Notes: generated from the sequence alone by a model not told the origin. Counted from the stretch's first letter, positions 1 to 11,525 are shown. The stretch: DNA of 64,000 nucleotides from a bacterium (GCA_963675755.2 CAXXMD010000003.1:1088001-1152000), one strand, 5' to 3'. A program made the numbers and translations.

Positions 1-184
1 GTTCATCATTCTGGTGCCACTTTTCCTCATAAGGACTTCCCATGACAAAGCTACCTGCTGGTAAAAGTACCAGGTCTACTCCAATAGAATTGGTAATTTT
101 TTCAGGTGTTTCCAATTGCGCGTAAATATTTACATCAAGAGTACATAAAAATATAAATAATGCAAAAATTTTTTTTACTTTCAT
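1..184 (-). CDS. Formylglycine-generating enzyme (SUMF1/FGE-sulfatase) domain protein, 5' part only (runs off the window)
   Basis: Not in the ORF track. Manual translation from ATG at 184 gives MKVKKIFALFIFLCTLDVNIYAQLETPEKITNSIGVDLVLLPAGSFVMGSPYEEKWHQNDE: a signal peptide plus the typical FGE-domain start TNSIG...LPAGSFVMGS. Confidence 0.75.
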   Translation of the reverse strand, partial: MKVKKIFALFIFLCTLDVNIYAQLETPEKITNSIGVDLVLLPAGSFVMGSPYEEKWHQNDE

Positions 185-200
185 CGAGATTACCTTGTTC

Positions 201-1403
201 CTACAATCCGGCAAGATCGGGTAAAAGTTCTTCATTTGCAGCCATCATTTCCTGCCATGAAACCTGTTTTTTCTGATAAGCGGCTGTACGTCCTAAAATA
301 GTAGTCAGATTACTGCGTACACTTGCAGGTACAGTTGTATTTGCGGTTTGTCCGTTCATAACAAACTTGTGAAAATCTGCGATATTATTGACAGCGCCGT
401 CTTTGTACAAATGACCCAACTCACCGCCTTTGTAAGGCTTGTCACCCTGAATACTCACAGAACCAAAATAATGCGTATCTATAGTACCGCGAGTGCCATA
501 CATTCTGCACAGAATGTCATCATAGCCTTTACCATATTGCTTGGAGTTAAAAGTAACAATTACATCGTTGGGGAATGTAAATATCACAGAGAAATGATCA
601 TTGCAATCGCCATACTTGCGGTTCCTACCGCAGGTTCCGACTGCCGTTTCAGGGTGTGCATCCAATATCCAACTTGCTACATCAAGCGCATGTATATTCT
701 GCTCAGTGATCACATCCCCGGAAAGGGCCTTGTCAAGTCCCCAGCCTCGGAGCCTGTTCACACTGCTAAGCGGTGTTTGTTTGTATAAATCATAAGCCTT
801 GCCCCAGGTAATATCAGCAAAATAGCTGGCTTCACCTGAAACAATAGGACCAATATCACCATACTGCACCCGCTTTACTGCTTCCTGGTAATACTCGTGT
901 GCGCGTGTCTGAAAATCAACCAGAAACACAAGTCCTTTTTCTGTTGCCTTTTCACCACTTTTCTCTACGGAGACTGTTCCCGGAACATCTACTGCTACCG
1001 GTTTCGCCAGATACACATGAACACCTGCATCTACTCCGGCAGCCGCCTGTATGGGATGAAAATAAGGCGGGCTTTCAACAACTATCGCATCCACTTTGTT
1101 GTCTAGGAGCCTTTTATATCCATCCAGACCAGTAAAACACCGTGATTTATCTATATTGAATTGTTCTTGAAAACCATCTATCTTTTCTTGAAAATAATCT
1201 GCGCCTGCGGTAAATCGGTAACCTCCATGTTCACGGAACAAGTTAGCGAGCCACTTGCCACGTCCACCACAACCAATCAGTCCCAACTCTAGTTTTGAAT
1301 TGGCTGTCGATCCCCTGACGTGTTCGGGTTTGACAATAGAAAATGTTAATGCCGCTACTCCTGCCCCGGCAATAAATTTTCTGCGATCCATGGATTCCGC
1401 CAT
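201..1403 (-). CDS. Gfo/Idh/MocA family oxidoreductase with Tat signal
   Basis: DRRKFI Tat motif, GCGGRG Rossmann motif, AKPVA; start moved to ATG 1403 behind a GGAGG RBS. Confidence 0.9.
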   Translation of the reverse strand: MAESMDRRKFIAGAGVAALTFSIVKPEHVRGSTANSKLELGLIGCGGRGKWLANLFREHGGYRFTAGADYFQEKIDGFQEQFNIDKSRCFTGLDGYKRLLDNKVDAIVVESPPYFHPIQAAAGVDAGVHVYLAKPVAVDVPGTVSVEKSGEKATEKGLVFLVDFQTRAHEYYQEAVKRVQYGDIGPIVSGEASYFADITWGKAYDLYKQTPLSSVNRLRGWGLDKALSGDVITEQNIHALDVASWILDAHPETAVGTCGRNRKYGDCNDHFSVIFTFPNDVIVTFNSKQYGKGYDDILCRMYGTRGTIDTHYFGSVSIQGDKPYKGGELGHLYKDGAVNNIADFHKFVMNGQTANTTVPASVRSNLTTILGRTAAYQKKQVSWQEMMAANEELLPDLAGL

Positions 1404-1669
1404 TGTTTTGACCTCCGATAACACAAATAAACCCTAAAAATAGATTTATCTTAAAATTCTTTTCCCATATATACCCATTAATAAATTAATACTTTTTTTA
1501 TAATATGCCACTAAAATTTCCGGGCACATGCCCAAACTGGTTAAAATTAAAATATTTCAGCCATGAATATTTGAGAATAAACTCACAATTTCAGACTTTT
1601 TTTATTGCTTCATTGCCATTCAGATAATATATTCAACTATAGGATATTCATAGATATGGGACCATTGAA

Positions 1670-2197
1670 ATGATTAATATATTACGAAACAGGAAAAGCG
1701 TAAGGCATTTTGAGAACAAACCCGTCAGCCCTGAACATATAGAAATCATTAAAGAAGCCATCTTGCGCTCTCCATCTTCAAAAAACAGAACACCCTGGGA
1801 ATTTATTATTATAGACGATCGGGATCTGTTAACAAAGCTGGCTACTGCCAAACCGCATGGAGCCGCGTTCCTGGCAGATGCGCCTTTAGGTATTCTGGTA
1901 TGCGGTGACGAAAACCAAAGCGATGTTTGGATAGAAGACTGCTCAATAGCGTCTATCATTGCTCAATTGACAGCAGAGTCTCTGGGCCTTGGCAGTTGCT
2001 GGATACAGATTCGCAATCGCATGCATGAAAGCGGTCAAACATCAGAAGCGTACATTCAACAATTACTACATATCCCCAGAAATGTTAAAATCGAATCCAT
2101 AATTGCATTGGGTTATTCCAATGAAGAAAATACCAACACATCAGATAAAGAATTAAAAAGCAATAAAATTTTTATAAATCGTTACAAATCAGTCTAG
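1670..2197 (+). CDS. Nitroreductase family protein
   Basis: RKSVRHF, SPSSKNRTPWEF and LGLGSCW motifs. Confidence 0.9.
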   Translation: MINILRNRKSVRHFENKPVSPEHIEIIKEAILRSPSSKNRTPWEFIIIDDRDLLTKLATAKPHGAAFLADAPLGILVCGDENQSDVWIEDCSIASIIAQLTAESLGLGSCWIQIRNRMHESGQTSEAYIQQLLHIPRNVKIESIIALGYSNEENTNTSDKELKSNKIFINRYKSV

Positions 2198-2260
2198 TCA
2201 ATATTCAGCCAATACCAGTCAAAATAGCATAAATCTATTAAATCATAAAGAGAGGCTTTT

Positions 2261-3844
2261 ATGCATAAAAACCAGGATTCTCGAAGATCGTTTCTAAAAA
2301 AAATGGGCGGAGGTGCAGCAGCGTTGACCCTGTTTTCATCCGGCATTACCGGATGTGGATTATTTAAAAAAAAGCCCAACATTCTTTTTATCTTTTCCGA
2401 TGACCATGCATACCAGGCCATCAGCGCGTATAAAGACCGTCTGGCAGATGTAGCCCCTACACCCAACATTGACAGAATTGCAAACGAGGGTATTCGTTTT
2501 GACAAATGTTATGTAACCAATTCCATCTGTGCACCATCCCGGGCAACCATTCAAACCGGTAAGCACAGCCACCTCAATTCCGTTAAAGACAATAAAGACG
2601 TATTCGACAATACACAGCAAACATTCCCCAAATTAATGCAGGCAGGCGGCTATCAAACAGCTATACTTGGCAAATGGCACCTGAAAGCCGAACCTACCGG
2701 ATTCGATTATTGGGAAGTATTACCCGGTCAGGGTCATTATTATAATCCGGATTTTCGCACTGCCGAAGGAGTACATCGGGAAAACGGATACGTAACCGAC
2801 ATTATTACGGATAAAGCAATCAACTGGCTCAAAGAAGGACGTGATCCCGAAAAGCCCTTTATTCTCATGATGCAGCACAAAGCCCCGCACCGTGAGTGGT
2901 CACCAGCTTTACGACATTTGAATATTTTCGATGACGTTAAATTCCCTGAACCCTCAAACCTGTTTGACGATTACAGCGGACGAGGTACAGCTGCACATAA
3001 GCAAGATATGACAATCGATAAAACCATGCGCATTGTTACCGACCTCAAAGTCAAAACACTGAAAGCCAAAGATAAAGAGCTTGAAAGACGCATTCACGGA
3101 CGCATGACTGAAGAGCAAATCGCAGCCTGGGACAATGCCTACGAACCCAAAAACGAATACTATCGCAAAGCCAATCTTGAAGGTAAAGAACTTGTCCGAT
3201 GGAAATACCAGCGATACTTGCAAGACTATTTGGGTTGCATCCGAGCGGTAGACGAAAGTGTAGGCACTGTTCTTGACTATTTGCAGGAAAGCGGTCTTGC
3301 AGACAATACAGTTGTTATGTATTCATCTGACCAGGGTTTTTATCTGGGTGAACATGGCTGGTTCGACAAACGTTTCATGTATGAAGAATCGTATCGTACA
3401 CCCTTGTTGGCCAAATGGCCAGGAGTCACCCCTGCAGGTACAGTCAATACCGATCTCACATCCAATCTCGACTTTGCTCAAACGTTTCTGGACATTGCCG
3501 GACTTGAACAACCGCAAGACATGCAGGGTGAAAGCCTGGTACCCATTTTAAAAGGGAAAACACCAGCAGACTGGCGGCAATCCCTGTATTATCATTACTA
3601 TGAATATCCGGCAGTTCACAGTGTACGCAGACACGAAGGTGTTGCCACAAAGCGATATAAACTGATCAATTTCTATGATCTTGATGAATGGGAATTCTAT
3701 GATCTGGAAAAAGATCCATACGAAATGAAAAGCCAGTACGACAATCCGGCATATCAGGATAAAATTGCGGAACTAAAACATGAGCTTGTACGTCTCCGGG
3801 AATATTATAAACTTCCACCGTTGGTACCCATACATGAAGAATGA
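2261..3844 (+). CDS. Formylglycine-dependent sulfatase with Tat/lipoprotein signal
   Basis: SRRSFLK signal, [17 protein letters not shown] active-site motif, GKWHL, SSDQG. Confidence 0.93.
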   Translation: MHKNQDSRRSFLKKMGGGAAALTLFSSGITGCGLFKKKPNILFIFSDDHAYQAISAYKDRLADVAPTPNIDRIANEGIRFDKCYVTNSICAPSRATIQTGKHSHLNSVKDNKDVFDNTQQTFPKLMQAGGYQTAILGKWHLKAEPTGFDYWEVLPGQGHYYNPDFRTAEGVHRENGYVTDIITDKAINWLKEGRDPEKPFILMMQHKAPHREWSPALRHLNIFDDVKFPEPSNLFDDYSGRGTAAHKQDMTIDKTMRIVTDLKVKTLKAKDKELERRIHGRMTEEQIAAWDNAYEPKNEYYRKANLEGKELVRWKYQRYLQDYLGCIRAVDESVGTVLDYLQESGLADNTVVMYSSDQGFYLGEHGWFDKRFMYEESYRTPLLAKWPGVTPAGTVNTDLTSNLDFAQTFLDIAGLEQPQDMQGESLVPILKGKTPADWRQSLYYHYYEYPAVHSVRRHEGVATKRYKLINFYDLDEWEFYDLEKDPYEMKSQYDNPAYQDKIAELKHELVRLREYYKLPPLVPIHEE

Positions 3845-3868
3845 TTCATAAACTAAATAAAATACAAT

Positions 3869-3914
3869 GGCTTGAACCGGTTCATATTTTTCTTTGGTTC
3901 AGGCCTTTTTTTTT
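3869..3914 (+). terminator. Probable intrinsic terminator
   Basis: GGCTTGAACC...GGTTCAGGCC stem followed by a T run, downstream of the sulfatase. Confidence 0.65.
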
Positions 3915-4010
3915 GTATATTGGGAAAAAGATAAACGCAATAGCTGGCAGAAAGTTTTCTGTTCGCGGGTAGAGTTGTTGCAAAATCATACTTTTTTAAG
4001 GAGTAAAAAT

Positions 4011-4709
4011 ATGAAGAACCTGACCGTTTTTGTATGTCTTGTAGTTATGACATTGGTCTCTCTGACATTTGCCCAGGCCGACAATCAACTTTGTTCAACA
4101 GAAAAAGCTCAGGGTTGGAAATTGTTGTTCGACGGCAAAACAAGCACAGGTTGGAAAAGTAACCGGGGTGAAGGATTCCCAGAAAAAGGCTGGGAAATTA
4201 AAGATGGTACTCTCTCTGTACTCTCAAAAGAACGCGGTGGAGATATCATTTCAACTGAAGCTTTTGAAAATTTTGAATTAACACTAGATGTTAAATTAAC
4301 CAAAGGTGCCAACAGTGGAATTAAATATTTTATCCAGGAAGGTAATGGCGTTGGTTGCGAATTTCAGGTATTGGATGACGATGTTCACCCGGATGCAAAA
4401 CTTGGTGTAAACAACAATCGTCAGTTTGGTTCATTGTATGACCTTATACCTGCACAAAATCGCGAGCTGAATCCTATTGGGGAATGGAACAGCGTCCGAA
4501 TTCTTGTAGATGGCGGTCACGTAGAACATTGGTTGAATGGCAAACTGGTTGTTAAATATGATCGTTTCTGCCCCTGTTTCCGCCAATTGATTCTGCACAG
4601 CAAATTCAAAGATAAAACAGATTTTGCAACATTCAAAACCGGTCATATTCTGTTACAGGACCATGGCGACACCGTTTCTTATCGCAATATCAAAATACGT
4701 CCTTTTTAA
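4011..4709 (+). CDS. DUF1080 (3-keto-disaccharide hydrolase/lyase-like) secreted protein
   Basis: GWKLLFDGK, NSGIKY, EFQVLDD, GHILLQDHG, YRNIKIR; ATG 4011 behind AGGAG. Confidence 0.9.
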   Translation: MKNLTVFVCLVVMTLVSLTFAQADNQLCSTEKAQGWKLLFDGKTSTGWKSNRGEGFPEKGWEIKDGTLSVLSKERGGDIISTEAFENFELTLDVKLTKGANSGIKYFIQEGNGVGCEFQVLDDDVHPDAKLGVNNNRQFGSLYDLIPAQNRELNPIGEWNSVRILVDGGHVEHWLNGKLVVKYDRFCPCFRQLILHSKFKDKTDFATFKTGHILLQDHGDTVSYRNIKIRPF

Positions 4710-4721
4710 ATAAATACATAC

Positions 4722-4750
4722 AACCCGGCTGAAAAATCAGCCGGGTTTTT
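4722..4750 (+). terminator. Intrinsic terminator
   Basis: AACCCGGCTGA-AAAA-TCAGCCGGGTT stem followed by Ts. Confidence 0.8.
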
Positions 4751-4770
4751 CTGCATATCCGGGAGAACAC

Positions 4771-6390
4771 ATGCGTTTACAAAAAGTACTCATTATATTC
4801 ATTCTAATTCTTCCAGTGACTTTACTGGCACTGGATGCTTCGTTTACTATAGATGCCAAAGAAATATCAGGGCCGAATACAAAATTCTGGCAAGCTTGCG
4901 GTCAGGACTTTTTATTCCGCCTTGTAAACCGCCCAATGGGCCAGGAACTGCTGCAGCGGTTCAACGAACATCAATCTATGCGCTACATGCGCACCCATTA
5001 TACATTCAGCAACAAAGTAAAATTAGACAAGGCTGCTGGCGGTCCTATTGGTGGCAATGTAGCTATCATTGATGACAAGGGTAACATACACTATGATTTT
5101 TCTGTCATAAACCAAACATTTCACGAATATGTAAAAAACGGTATCAAACCCATTGTAGAATTTGACTTTTTCCCGGATGGAATGTCTGCTGATTTTGCAA
5201 TGAATGTAAACGATGAAGGGTTTGGCTTCAAAGTAGGTTCTCCCCGGGACTGGCAGGAATGGGAAACCTTGCTGCAAAAATTTATGCAAAACCTGACTCA
5301 GGAATTTGGAAAACAAGAACTCCGTACCTGGTATTTTGAAGTTTGGAACGAACCCGACAACTGGCCGCATGAACACATTGACGTCTTTTACAGATTGTAC
5401 GATGTATTCAGCCATGTTGTTAAATCCTTTGACTCCGAATACAAAGTTGGGGGGCCCGGCTGTTATCATTTATCTTTTTTAAAAGAATTCTTTGACCATG
5501 TAACCCATGGAACCAACTATGTAACAGGCCAGGTCGGTTCTCCCATCGATTTCTATTCTTATCACATTTATGGCCTTTCAGGTTCCTGGTTGGAACAATC
5601 ACCCCTTTTGTATCCAACAGTGAACCGTTTTAACCAGCAGATTTTATGGATCCAACGGCTGGTTAACGAATATCCTGAATTAAAGGATATTGAATTTCAC
5701 CTGAATGAATGGGGCATGTCTTCACATTTCCAACGGACTGTCAGCAGACATCCCGAGTTGGAATATAGAAACAGCGAAGCGTCTGCTTTGTTTTTAACCA
5801 AAATGGTAGATTGTATGTTTGCTATTCATGACAATCACCATTTCGAAACCCAGTTGCTGTTGTATTGGGGATTTAATTGGGAGGCAGAGTTAAACATACC
5901 CTTTAACGGCAACCGGGAATTAACTACAGCCGGAAACATTCCCAAACCCATTCTTACCGGATATGAAATGCTTGCAAAATTAGGCGACCAGAGATTAAAC
6001 GTTTCCGGACCCAAACCAGGCGGACGATTTGGTGTTCTTGCCACCAAAAACAGCAACAAACAACTACAATTTATCGTATATAATTATAATGAAACGGATA
6101 CGGATCTATCTATTCAGGACAGTATTTCCATTGCTATTGACAAATTGGAAGGGAAATCTGCAACCGTTCGTGCGTATAAAATGGACAGATCTTTTCACAA
6201 TACTTTTCGTGCATGGCAACAATTGGGCAGTCCGGCTACGCTTACTGCTGAACAAATTGCCCAATTAAGTAAAATTGCCGCTTTGACTGCTGATGAAACA
6301 AGTACAGTACAAATTGTAAAAGAAACTTTGCTTTTCAATATTCATATTCCCCGTCACAGCATGATACTCTATGAAATTGAAATAAATTAG
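4771..6390 (+). CDS. Glycoside hydrolase family 39 (beta-xylosidase/iduronidase-like)
   Basis: Signal peptide, YMRTH, FEVWNEPD (acid/base), KVGGP, SYHIY, LNEWG (nucleophile). Confidence 0.85.
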   Translation: MRLQKVLIIFILILPVTLLALDASFTIDAKEISGPNTKFWQACGQDFLFRLVNRPMGQELLQRFNEHQSMRYMRTHYTFSNKVKLDKAAGGPIGGNVAIIDDKGNIHYDFSVINQTFHEYVKNGIKPIVEFDFFPDGMSADFAMNVNDEGFGFKVGSPRDWQEWETLLQKFMQNLTQEFGKQELRTWYFEVWNEPDNWPHEHIDVFYRLYDVFSHVVKSFDSEYKVGGPGCYHLSFLKEFFDHVTHGTNYVTGQVGSPIDFYSYHIYGLSGSWLEQSPLLYPTVNRFNQQILWIQRLVNEYPELKDIEFHLNEWGMSSHFQRTVSRHPELEYRNSEASALFLTKMVDCMFAIHDNHHFETQLLLYWGFNWEAELNIPFNGNRELTTAGNIPKPILTGYEMLAKLGDQRLNVSGPKPGGRFGVLATKNSNKQLQFIVYNYNETDTDLSIQDSISIAIDKLEGKSATVRAYKMDRSFHNTFRAWQQLGSPATLTAEQIAQLSKIAALTADETSTVQIVKETLLFNIHIPRHSMILYEIEIN

Positions 6391-6516
6391 ATATTTACAA
6401 TCTTTGACAATTTGAAATATTCAGGATTTACAAGTTTGTTCTCAATAAAAACAGCATGTTATGCCTGTTATATACAAACCGATTTTCTCAACCGATTCGA
6501 CAAATAATAATGCTTC

Positions 6517-6544
6517 TTGACTTGTGAATCTCTTTTTATATATT
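6517..6544 (+). promoter_or_regulatory. Possible sigma70-type promoter
   Basis: TTGACT-N16-TATATT upstream of the 6576 gene. Confidence 0.4.
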
Positions 6545-6575
6545 AAAATATTCAACTTTTGAAAGTGAGGTATAT

Positions 6576-8036
6576 ATGAGTTCCATTACCAGAAGAGATT
6601 TTATTCAAAAAACAGTAGCAGGAGGAGCATCTTTAGCACTGGCCGGCAACGTTCTCCTCAATGGTTCAAAAGTACTTGGTGCCAATAGTGATATACGTAT
6701 GGGTATGATTGGATTGAATTCCAAAGGCAAACAAGATACAGAAATGTTTAGAAAAATACCGGGGGTTCGTATAGTCGCCCTCTGCGACGTAGATCAGGAA
6801 ATTCTGGATCGTGAAGCACAAATCGCCAAAGACCTGGGAGAAAATGTTAAAACCTATCGCGATGCCCGTGAACTGCTTGACGATAAAGATATAGATGCTG
6901 TAATGATTGCCACCCCTAATCATTGGCATTCTTTACTTGCCATCTGGGCTTGTCAAGCAGGTAAAGATGTTTATGTTGAAAAACCCATTTCTCACAATGT
7001 ATGGGAAGGCCGACAGCTGGTCAAAGCGGCCCGAAAATATGACAAAATTGTGCAAGCCGGAACACAAAACCGTTCAGACATTGGTTTCCGCGATGCCATC
7101 CAGTATATTCAGGAAGGCAACCTGGGCAAAATCAAATGGATACACGGATTATGGTACAAGGAACGCCCCAGCATTGGTAAAGTCACCGAACCTCAACCCA
7201 TTCCAGCATCTGTTGATTATAATTTATGGTGTGGGCCTGCTCCCATGGATCCACTCATGCGTCCCAATCTTCATTATGACTGGCACTGGTTCTGGAACAC
7301 TGGTAACGGAGATATGGGTAACCTGGGTGTACACCAGATTGACGATTGCCGTTTTGCATCCGGAGTTCAGGGTTTTCCCAAACGCATTATGAGCTTTGGC
7401 GGTCGCTTTGTTGTTGACGATAACGCACAAACGCCCAATGCCCAATTTGCACTCTTTGATTACGATGAGGTGCCTATTATCATCGAACTTCGTGGTCTAC
7501 CTATGGCAGCAGGCGTAAGAGCTATGGACCATTTACGAGGTGTGCGTATGGGTAACATCATCCAATGCGAAAATGGATATTTTGCCGGTGGTCGCGGTGG
7601 CGGTTGGGTTTATGATAATGATAACAAGAAACAAAAACAATTCCCCGGTGACGGTGGTGAAAAACATTTTGAAAATTTTATTGAAGCCGTTAGAAACCGT
7701 GACAGAAAAATTTTGCATGCCGAAGTTGAAGAGTGCCATTACTCGAGCTCTTTATGCCACATGGCAAATGCTTCATACCGTACAGGCAAAGATGCATCAC
7801 CCGAAGAGATTCGTGAAATGCTTCCCAATTACAAACATGATTTAGAAACATTGAAAAGCATTACCACGCATCTCGAGAAAAATGAGATAGACCTTTCTAC
7901 CACACCCATTACCAGCGGTCCCTGGTTAACAGTCGATAATAATGATGAGGAATTTAAAGGCAAATATGCACGCAAAGCCAACAAATACCTCACCCGGAAA
8001 TACAGAAAACCTTTTATAGTACCTAAAAAAGTTTGA
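6576..8036 (+). CDS. Gfo/Idh/MocA family oxidoreductase with Tat signal
   Basis: TRRDFI, ATPNHWH, YVEKP, GTQNRS, DYNLWCGPAP. Confidence 0.92.
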   Translation: MSSITRRDFIQKTVAGGASLALAGNVLLNGSKVLGANSDIRMGMIGLNSKGKQDTEMFRKIPGVRIVALCDVDQEILDREAQIAKDLGENVKTYRDARELLDDKDIDAVMIATPNHWHSLLAIWACQAGKDVYVEKPISHNVWEGRQLVKAARKYDKIVQAGTQNRSDIGFRDAIQYIQEGNLGKIKWIHGLWYKERPSIGKVTEPQPIPASVDYNLWCGPAPMDPLMRPNLHYDWHWFWNTGNGDMGNLGVHQIDDCRFASGVQGFPKRIMSFGGRFVVDDNAQTPNAQFALFDYDEVPIIIELRGLPMAAGVRAMDHLRGVRMGNIIQCENGYFAGGRGGGWVYDNDNKKQKQFPGDGGEKHFENFIEAVRNRDRKILHAEVEECHYSSSLCHMANASYRTGKDASPEEIREMLPNYKHDLETLKSITTHLEKNEIDLSTTPITSGPWLTVDNNDEEFKGKYARKANKYLTRKYRKPFIVPKKV

Positions 8037-8055
8037 TAACTCGTATTGTACTTTG

Positions 8056-8096
8056 CCGGGTCCTGAATTAAAATAAGAGGACCCGGTATTTTTTTT
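8056..8096 (+). terminator. Intrinsic terminator
   Basis: CCGGGTCCT...AGGACCCGG stem followed by T8. Confidence 0.75.
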
Positions 8097-8146
8097 GAAA
8101 TTTTGTCATCATTCCATTTCCAGACAACTCTATGCAGGAGACCATC

Positions 8147-9316
8147 ATGCAACTGAAAACGTTATTTTGGGGAATTTTGATTTTTCTGTATACCATTCCG
8201 GGATATTCTTCGGACGTTGGCAAAGTTTGGCCTTCTGAAAAAAAGACATGGACAGATCCCGAATATGGATGCGAAATAACCCAATATACACAACATGATA
8301 CCAGGAGTTGGCACCTTTATTTCAATATAGAGTCGTTTATTGACAACGATCATGCAATTATTTTTTCTGAGCGCAGTGGTTCTCTGCAATTGTATAATCT
8401 TGATCTGCAAAGCGGTGAAATGGTACAAATGACTGATGAGCAAGACCTGAGTACCAATATCTGGCACTGGCCCAGTCTAAACACCGCCTGGATAGTTACC
8501 GGTATTGCCATTAAAGCCCTGAATACAAAAACCTATGCGGTAAAAACAGTCAAAAAATTACCCGGTCCCCCACGATCTATGACTATTACCTGCGACGGCA
8601 AATGGATTGTAACCGCTATCGACAAATCCAAATTAAATCCCAAAGCATCACCCATGCAGCTTGGCCCCTATGCTATTATAAAAATCAGTACCGAGACGGG
8701 TGAGACCATTCAAATCTCCCCGGATTATGGTTTTGTAATCGGGCATTTGCAGGCAAACCCAACTGATCCCAAAATTGTTTCCTACTGTTGGCAGCATCTG
8801 TACAAAGACGGAGATTACCCCGGTACCCGCGGTGCTACACCTCTCCGTATCTGGTGGATCAATATTGATGGTACGGACGGCGGACCTGTTGGTCCCCAGG
8901 AATTTGGCATTCACCGTACACATGAATTCTGGTTCCCGGATGGTTCACGTATGGGGTATTCAGCGCGGTACAAGTTTGGTCCCAATAATGGCAAAGAGTT
9001 TCTTGGATCTTGCGCCCCGGATGGCAGCGATGCTTACCTCATGGAAGCTCCAGTCAAATACGCCCACTCGCAAATGTTTAAAGACGGACATCACTGGGTA
9101 GCAGACGTGAATGATGGTATGGTACTAACCTTGTTCACCATTGATGATCGTAAAATTTCAGAGATCAACCCCCTGTTTCGTCACGATTCAAGCTGGGACG
9201 GCCAGCCATCTCATCCACATCCTCATTTCAGTCCGGATGGCAGACTGGTCCTCTTTAGCACAGATAAATCAGGTTCTCCACAGGTATATTCAGTCAAAAT
9301 TGATTTAAACAAATAA
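8147..9316 (+). CDS. Oligogalacturonate lyase (PL22)-like beta-propeller protein
   Basis: WTDPEYG...HLYF, HEFWFPDG, HPHPHFSPDG...LFSTD; ATG 8147 behind AGGAG. Confidence 0.75.
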   Translation: MQLKTLFWGILIFLYTIPGYSSDVGKVWPSEKKTWTDPEYGCEITQYTQHDTRSWHLYFNIESFIDNDHAIIFSERSGSLQLYNLDLQSGEMVQMTDEQDLSTNIWHWPSLNTAWIVTGIAIKALNTKTYAVKTVKKLPGPPRSMTITCDGKWIVTAIDKSKLNPKASPMQLGPYAIIKISTETGETIQISPDYGFVIGHLQANPTDPKIVSYCWQHLYKDGDYPGTRGATPLRIWWINIDGTDGGPVGPQEFGIHRTHEFWFPDGSRMGYSARYKFGPNNGKEFLGSCAPDGSDAYLMEAPVKYAHSQMFKDGHHWVADVNDGMVLTLFTIDDRKISEINPLFRHDSSWDGQPSHPHPHFSPDGRLVLFSTDKSGSPQVYSVKIDLNK

Positions 9317-9327
9317 GGATATAGGAA

Positions 9328-10857
9328 ATGAAAAGAATCCTTTTTATATCCATAACCCTGCTATGTCATACCCTGCTTTGGGCTGCTAATGGTGTATATG
9401 TCATAACGGATTTTGGCGCCAAAGGTGATGGTACAACCTTGAATACATTGTCCATTCAAAATGCGATTGATGCCTGTGCAAAAACCGGCGGTAAAGTGAT
9501 TGTTCCTCCCGGTAATTATCTTACTGGCGCACTGTTTTTTAAGAGCAATGTCAACCTGGAGATCATGACAGGTGCTGTATTACAAGGCAGCGAAAATTTT
9601 GACCACTATCCCCCGGTTGAAGGTCGTTATGGGGGAATAGAACGGTCAATTCATTCTTCGTTGATTACCGGTCACAATCTGGAAAATATTTCCATAACCG
9701 GCAGGGGTACCCTGAATGGGAACGGAAAAGTGTGGTGGGATGCGCATCAGATCAACAGTGAAATGCGCAAAAAAGCGGGTATTACCGAGCGTGAACCGGA
9801 AAACCCACCGGGTTCGCCATTAAAGTGGGCAAGACCCCGAATGATCAACCTCTATAACTGTAAAAATGTATTAATACGTGATATTACAATGCTCGATTCA
9901 CCATCATGGACGGTGCATCCTGTTTATTGCGAGAATGTTACTATAGAAAATATATCCATCATCCAACCCTACGAATCACCCAATACAGACGGCATCAATC
10001 CGGAATCTTGTAACAATGTTCGTATCTTCAACTGTTTTGTGGACTGTGGAGACGATTGTATCACCATTAAATCCGGTTATAACGAGGATGGTCGACGGGT
10101 CAATATTCCCTGCGAAAACATTGTAATTGCAAATTGCACGTTCAAACATGGCCGCAGTGCCATAGGTATTGGCAGCGAAACCTCCGGTGGTGTACGCAAT
10201 GTAACCATCAGCAATTGCGTATTCAAAGACACCTATCGGGGATTACGGGTAAAATCCGCCAGAGGTCGCGGCAATGTAGTGGAAAACATCCGCGCCAGTA
10301 ATATCATCATGGAAAACGTAGGCACCGGTATTTCATTGGACATGTTTTATGGCAGCAAAGACGAGATTGCACTGCCTGTAGATGAGACGACTCCCCATTT
10401 TCGCAACATTCGTTACAGCCACATTACAGGCACCAATATCAAAAAAGCCGGAGAGATCTGGGGCCTGCCCGAAGCCCCCATGTATGGCGTGGTATTTTCC
10501 GATGTGTATCTGGATGCGGAAACCGGTCTTGAAACCAGCTTTACCGACAACCTGACCTTGCGGGATGTAGAAATCAATGTCAAAAAAGGTCCTGCCTTGA
10601 CGGTAAAAGCATCTACCGACCTTGAACTGGACAATGTTACCAGTCGGAAGCCTTTATTTGCAATACCGGTCATGGTATTGGACAGGACCGACACTGCTCT
10701 GATCAGAGATTGCAGAGCAGCAAAAGACACAGATATTTTTATGGAAATTTCTGACAGCAGTACAAAAAATATAACCTTGCTTAATAATCATTTAAAATAC
10801 AGCAAAATACCTATAAAATTTAGCAACAATGCAAATAAAACAGCGGTAACTCAATAA
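9328..10857 (+). CDS. Glycoside hydrolase family 28 (polygalacturonase-like)
   Basis: DFGAKGDG, NTDG, GDDCITIKSG, IGSE, RVKS motifs. Confidence 0.92.
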   Translation: MKRILFISITLLCHTLLWAANGVYVITDFGAKGDGTTLNTLSIQNAIDACAKTGGKVIVPPGNYLTGALFFKSNVNLEIMTGAVLQGSENFDHYPPVEGRYGGIERSIHSSLITGHNLENISITGRGTLNGNGKVWWDAHQINSEMRKKAGITEREPENPPGSPLKWARPRMINLYNCKNVLIRDITMLDSPSWTVHPVYCENVTIENISIIQPYESPNTDGINPESCNNVRIFNCFVDCGDDCITIKSGYNEDGRRVNIPCENIVIANCTFKHGRSAIGIGSETSGGVRNVTISNCVFKDTYRGLRVKSARGRGNVVENIRASNIIMENVGTGISLDMFYGSKDEIALPVDETTPHFRNIRYSHITGTNIKKAGEIWGLPEAPMYGVVFSDVYLDAETGLETSFTDNLTLRDVEINVKKGPALTVKASTDLELDNVTSRKPLFAIPVMVLDRTDTALIRDCRAAKDTDIFMEISDSSTKNITLLNNHLKYSKIPIKFSNNANKTAVTQ

Positions 10858-10870
10858 CCAAGAGAATTAC

Positions 10871-11524
10871 ATGACAAAACCAATTTTTACCCTGCTTTTT
10901 ACACTGACTTTGTTCTCCTGTGCTTCACAGTTGCCTCAAATTGCACCGGAAGATTTTTATAAACCGGGTGAAAAAGTCTCTCTGTTTAATGGAGAAAAAC
11001 TGGGCTATTGGAAGATCAGTGACTTTTTATATAACGGAGATATTTATGTTCAGGACAGTTCCATCGTCCTTGAAATGGGTGGTTATCTCTCCGGAGTCAC
11101 CTGGTACGGACCTCTCATCCGGCAAAATTATGAAATAGAGCTGGATGCCGTAAGACTTGATGGTAGTGATTTCTTTTTAGGACTCACATTTCCCTATAAT
11201 GAATCCCATTGCAGCCTGATTCTGGGTGGATGGGGTGGATACACATTGGGACTTTCCAGTATTAATGGAGAAGATGCCGCCGAGAACGAAACCACAAATG
11301 CTTTTATGTTTGAAAATAAAAAATGGTATCACATCCGTTTGCGTGTTACTGAAAATAATATTCAAGCCTGGCTGGATGATAAGGAAATTGTAGATACGGA
11401 AACTACAGGCAAAGCAATTGGCATACGGGATGAAGTTAAAGATTCATGTCCTTTGGGGCTTGCTTCATTCTGGACAAAAGCCGCTTTTAAAAATATTACA
11501 CTCAAACCATTACAGGAATTTTAA
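10871..11524 (+). CDS. DUF1080 domain lipoprotein
   Basis: LFSC lipobox, SLFNG, GSDFF, LGGWGG...GLSSING, WYHIRLRV. Confidence 0.8.
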   Translation: MTKPIFTLLFTLTLFSCASQLPQIAPEDFYKPGEKVSLFNGEKLGYWKISDFLYNGDIYVQDSSIVLEMGGYLSGVTWYGPLIRQNYEIELDAVRLDGSDFFLGLTFPYNESHCSLILGGWGGYTLGLSSINGEDAAENETTNAFMFENKKWYHIRLRVTENNIQAWLDDKEIVDTETTGKAIGIRDEVKDSCPLGLASFWTKAAFKNITLKPLQEF

Positions 11525-11525
11525 T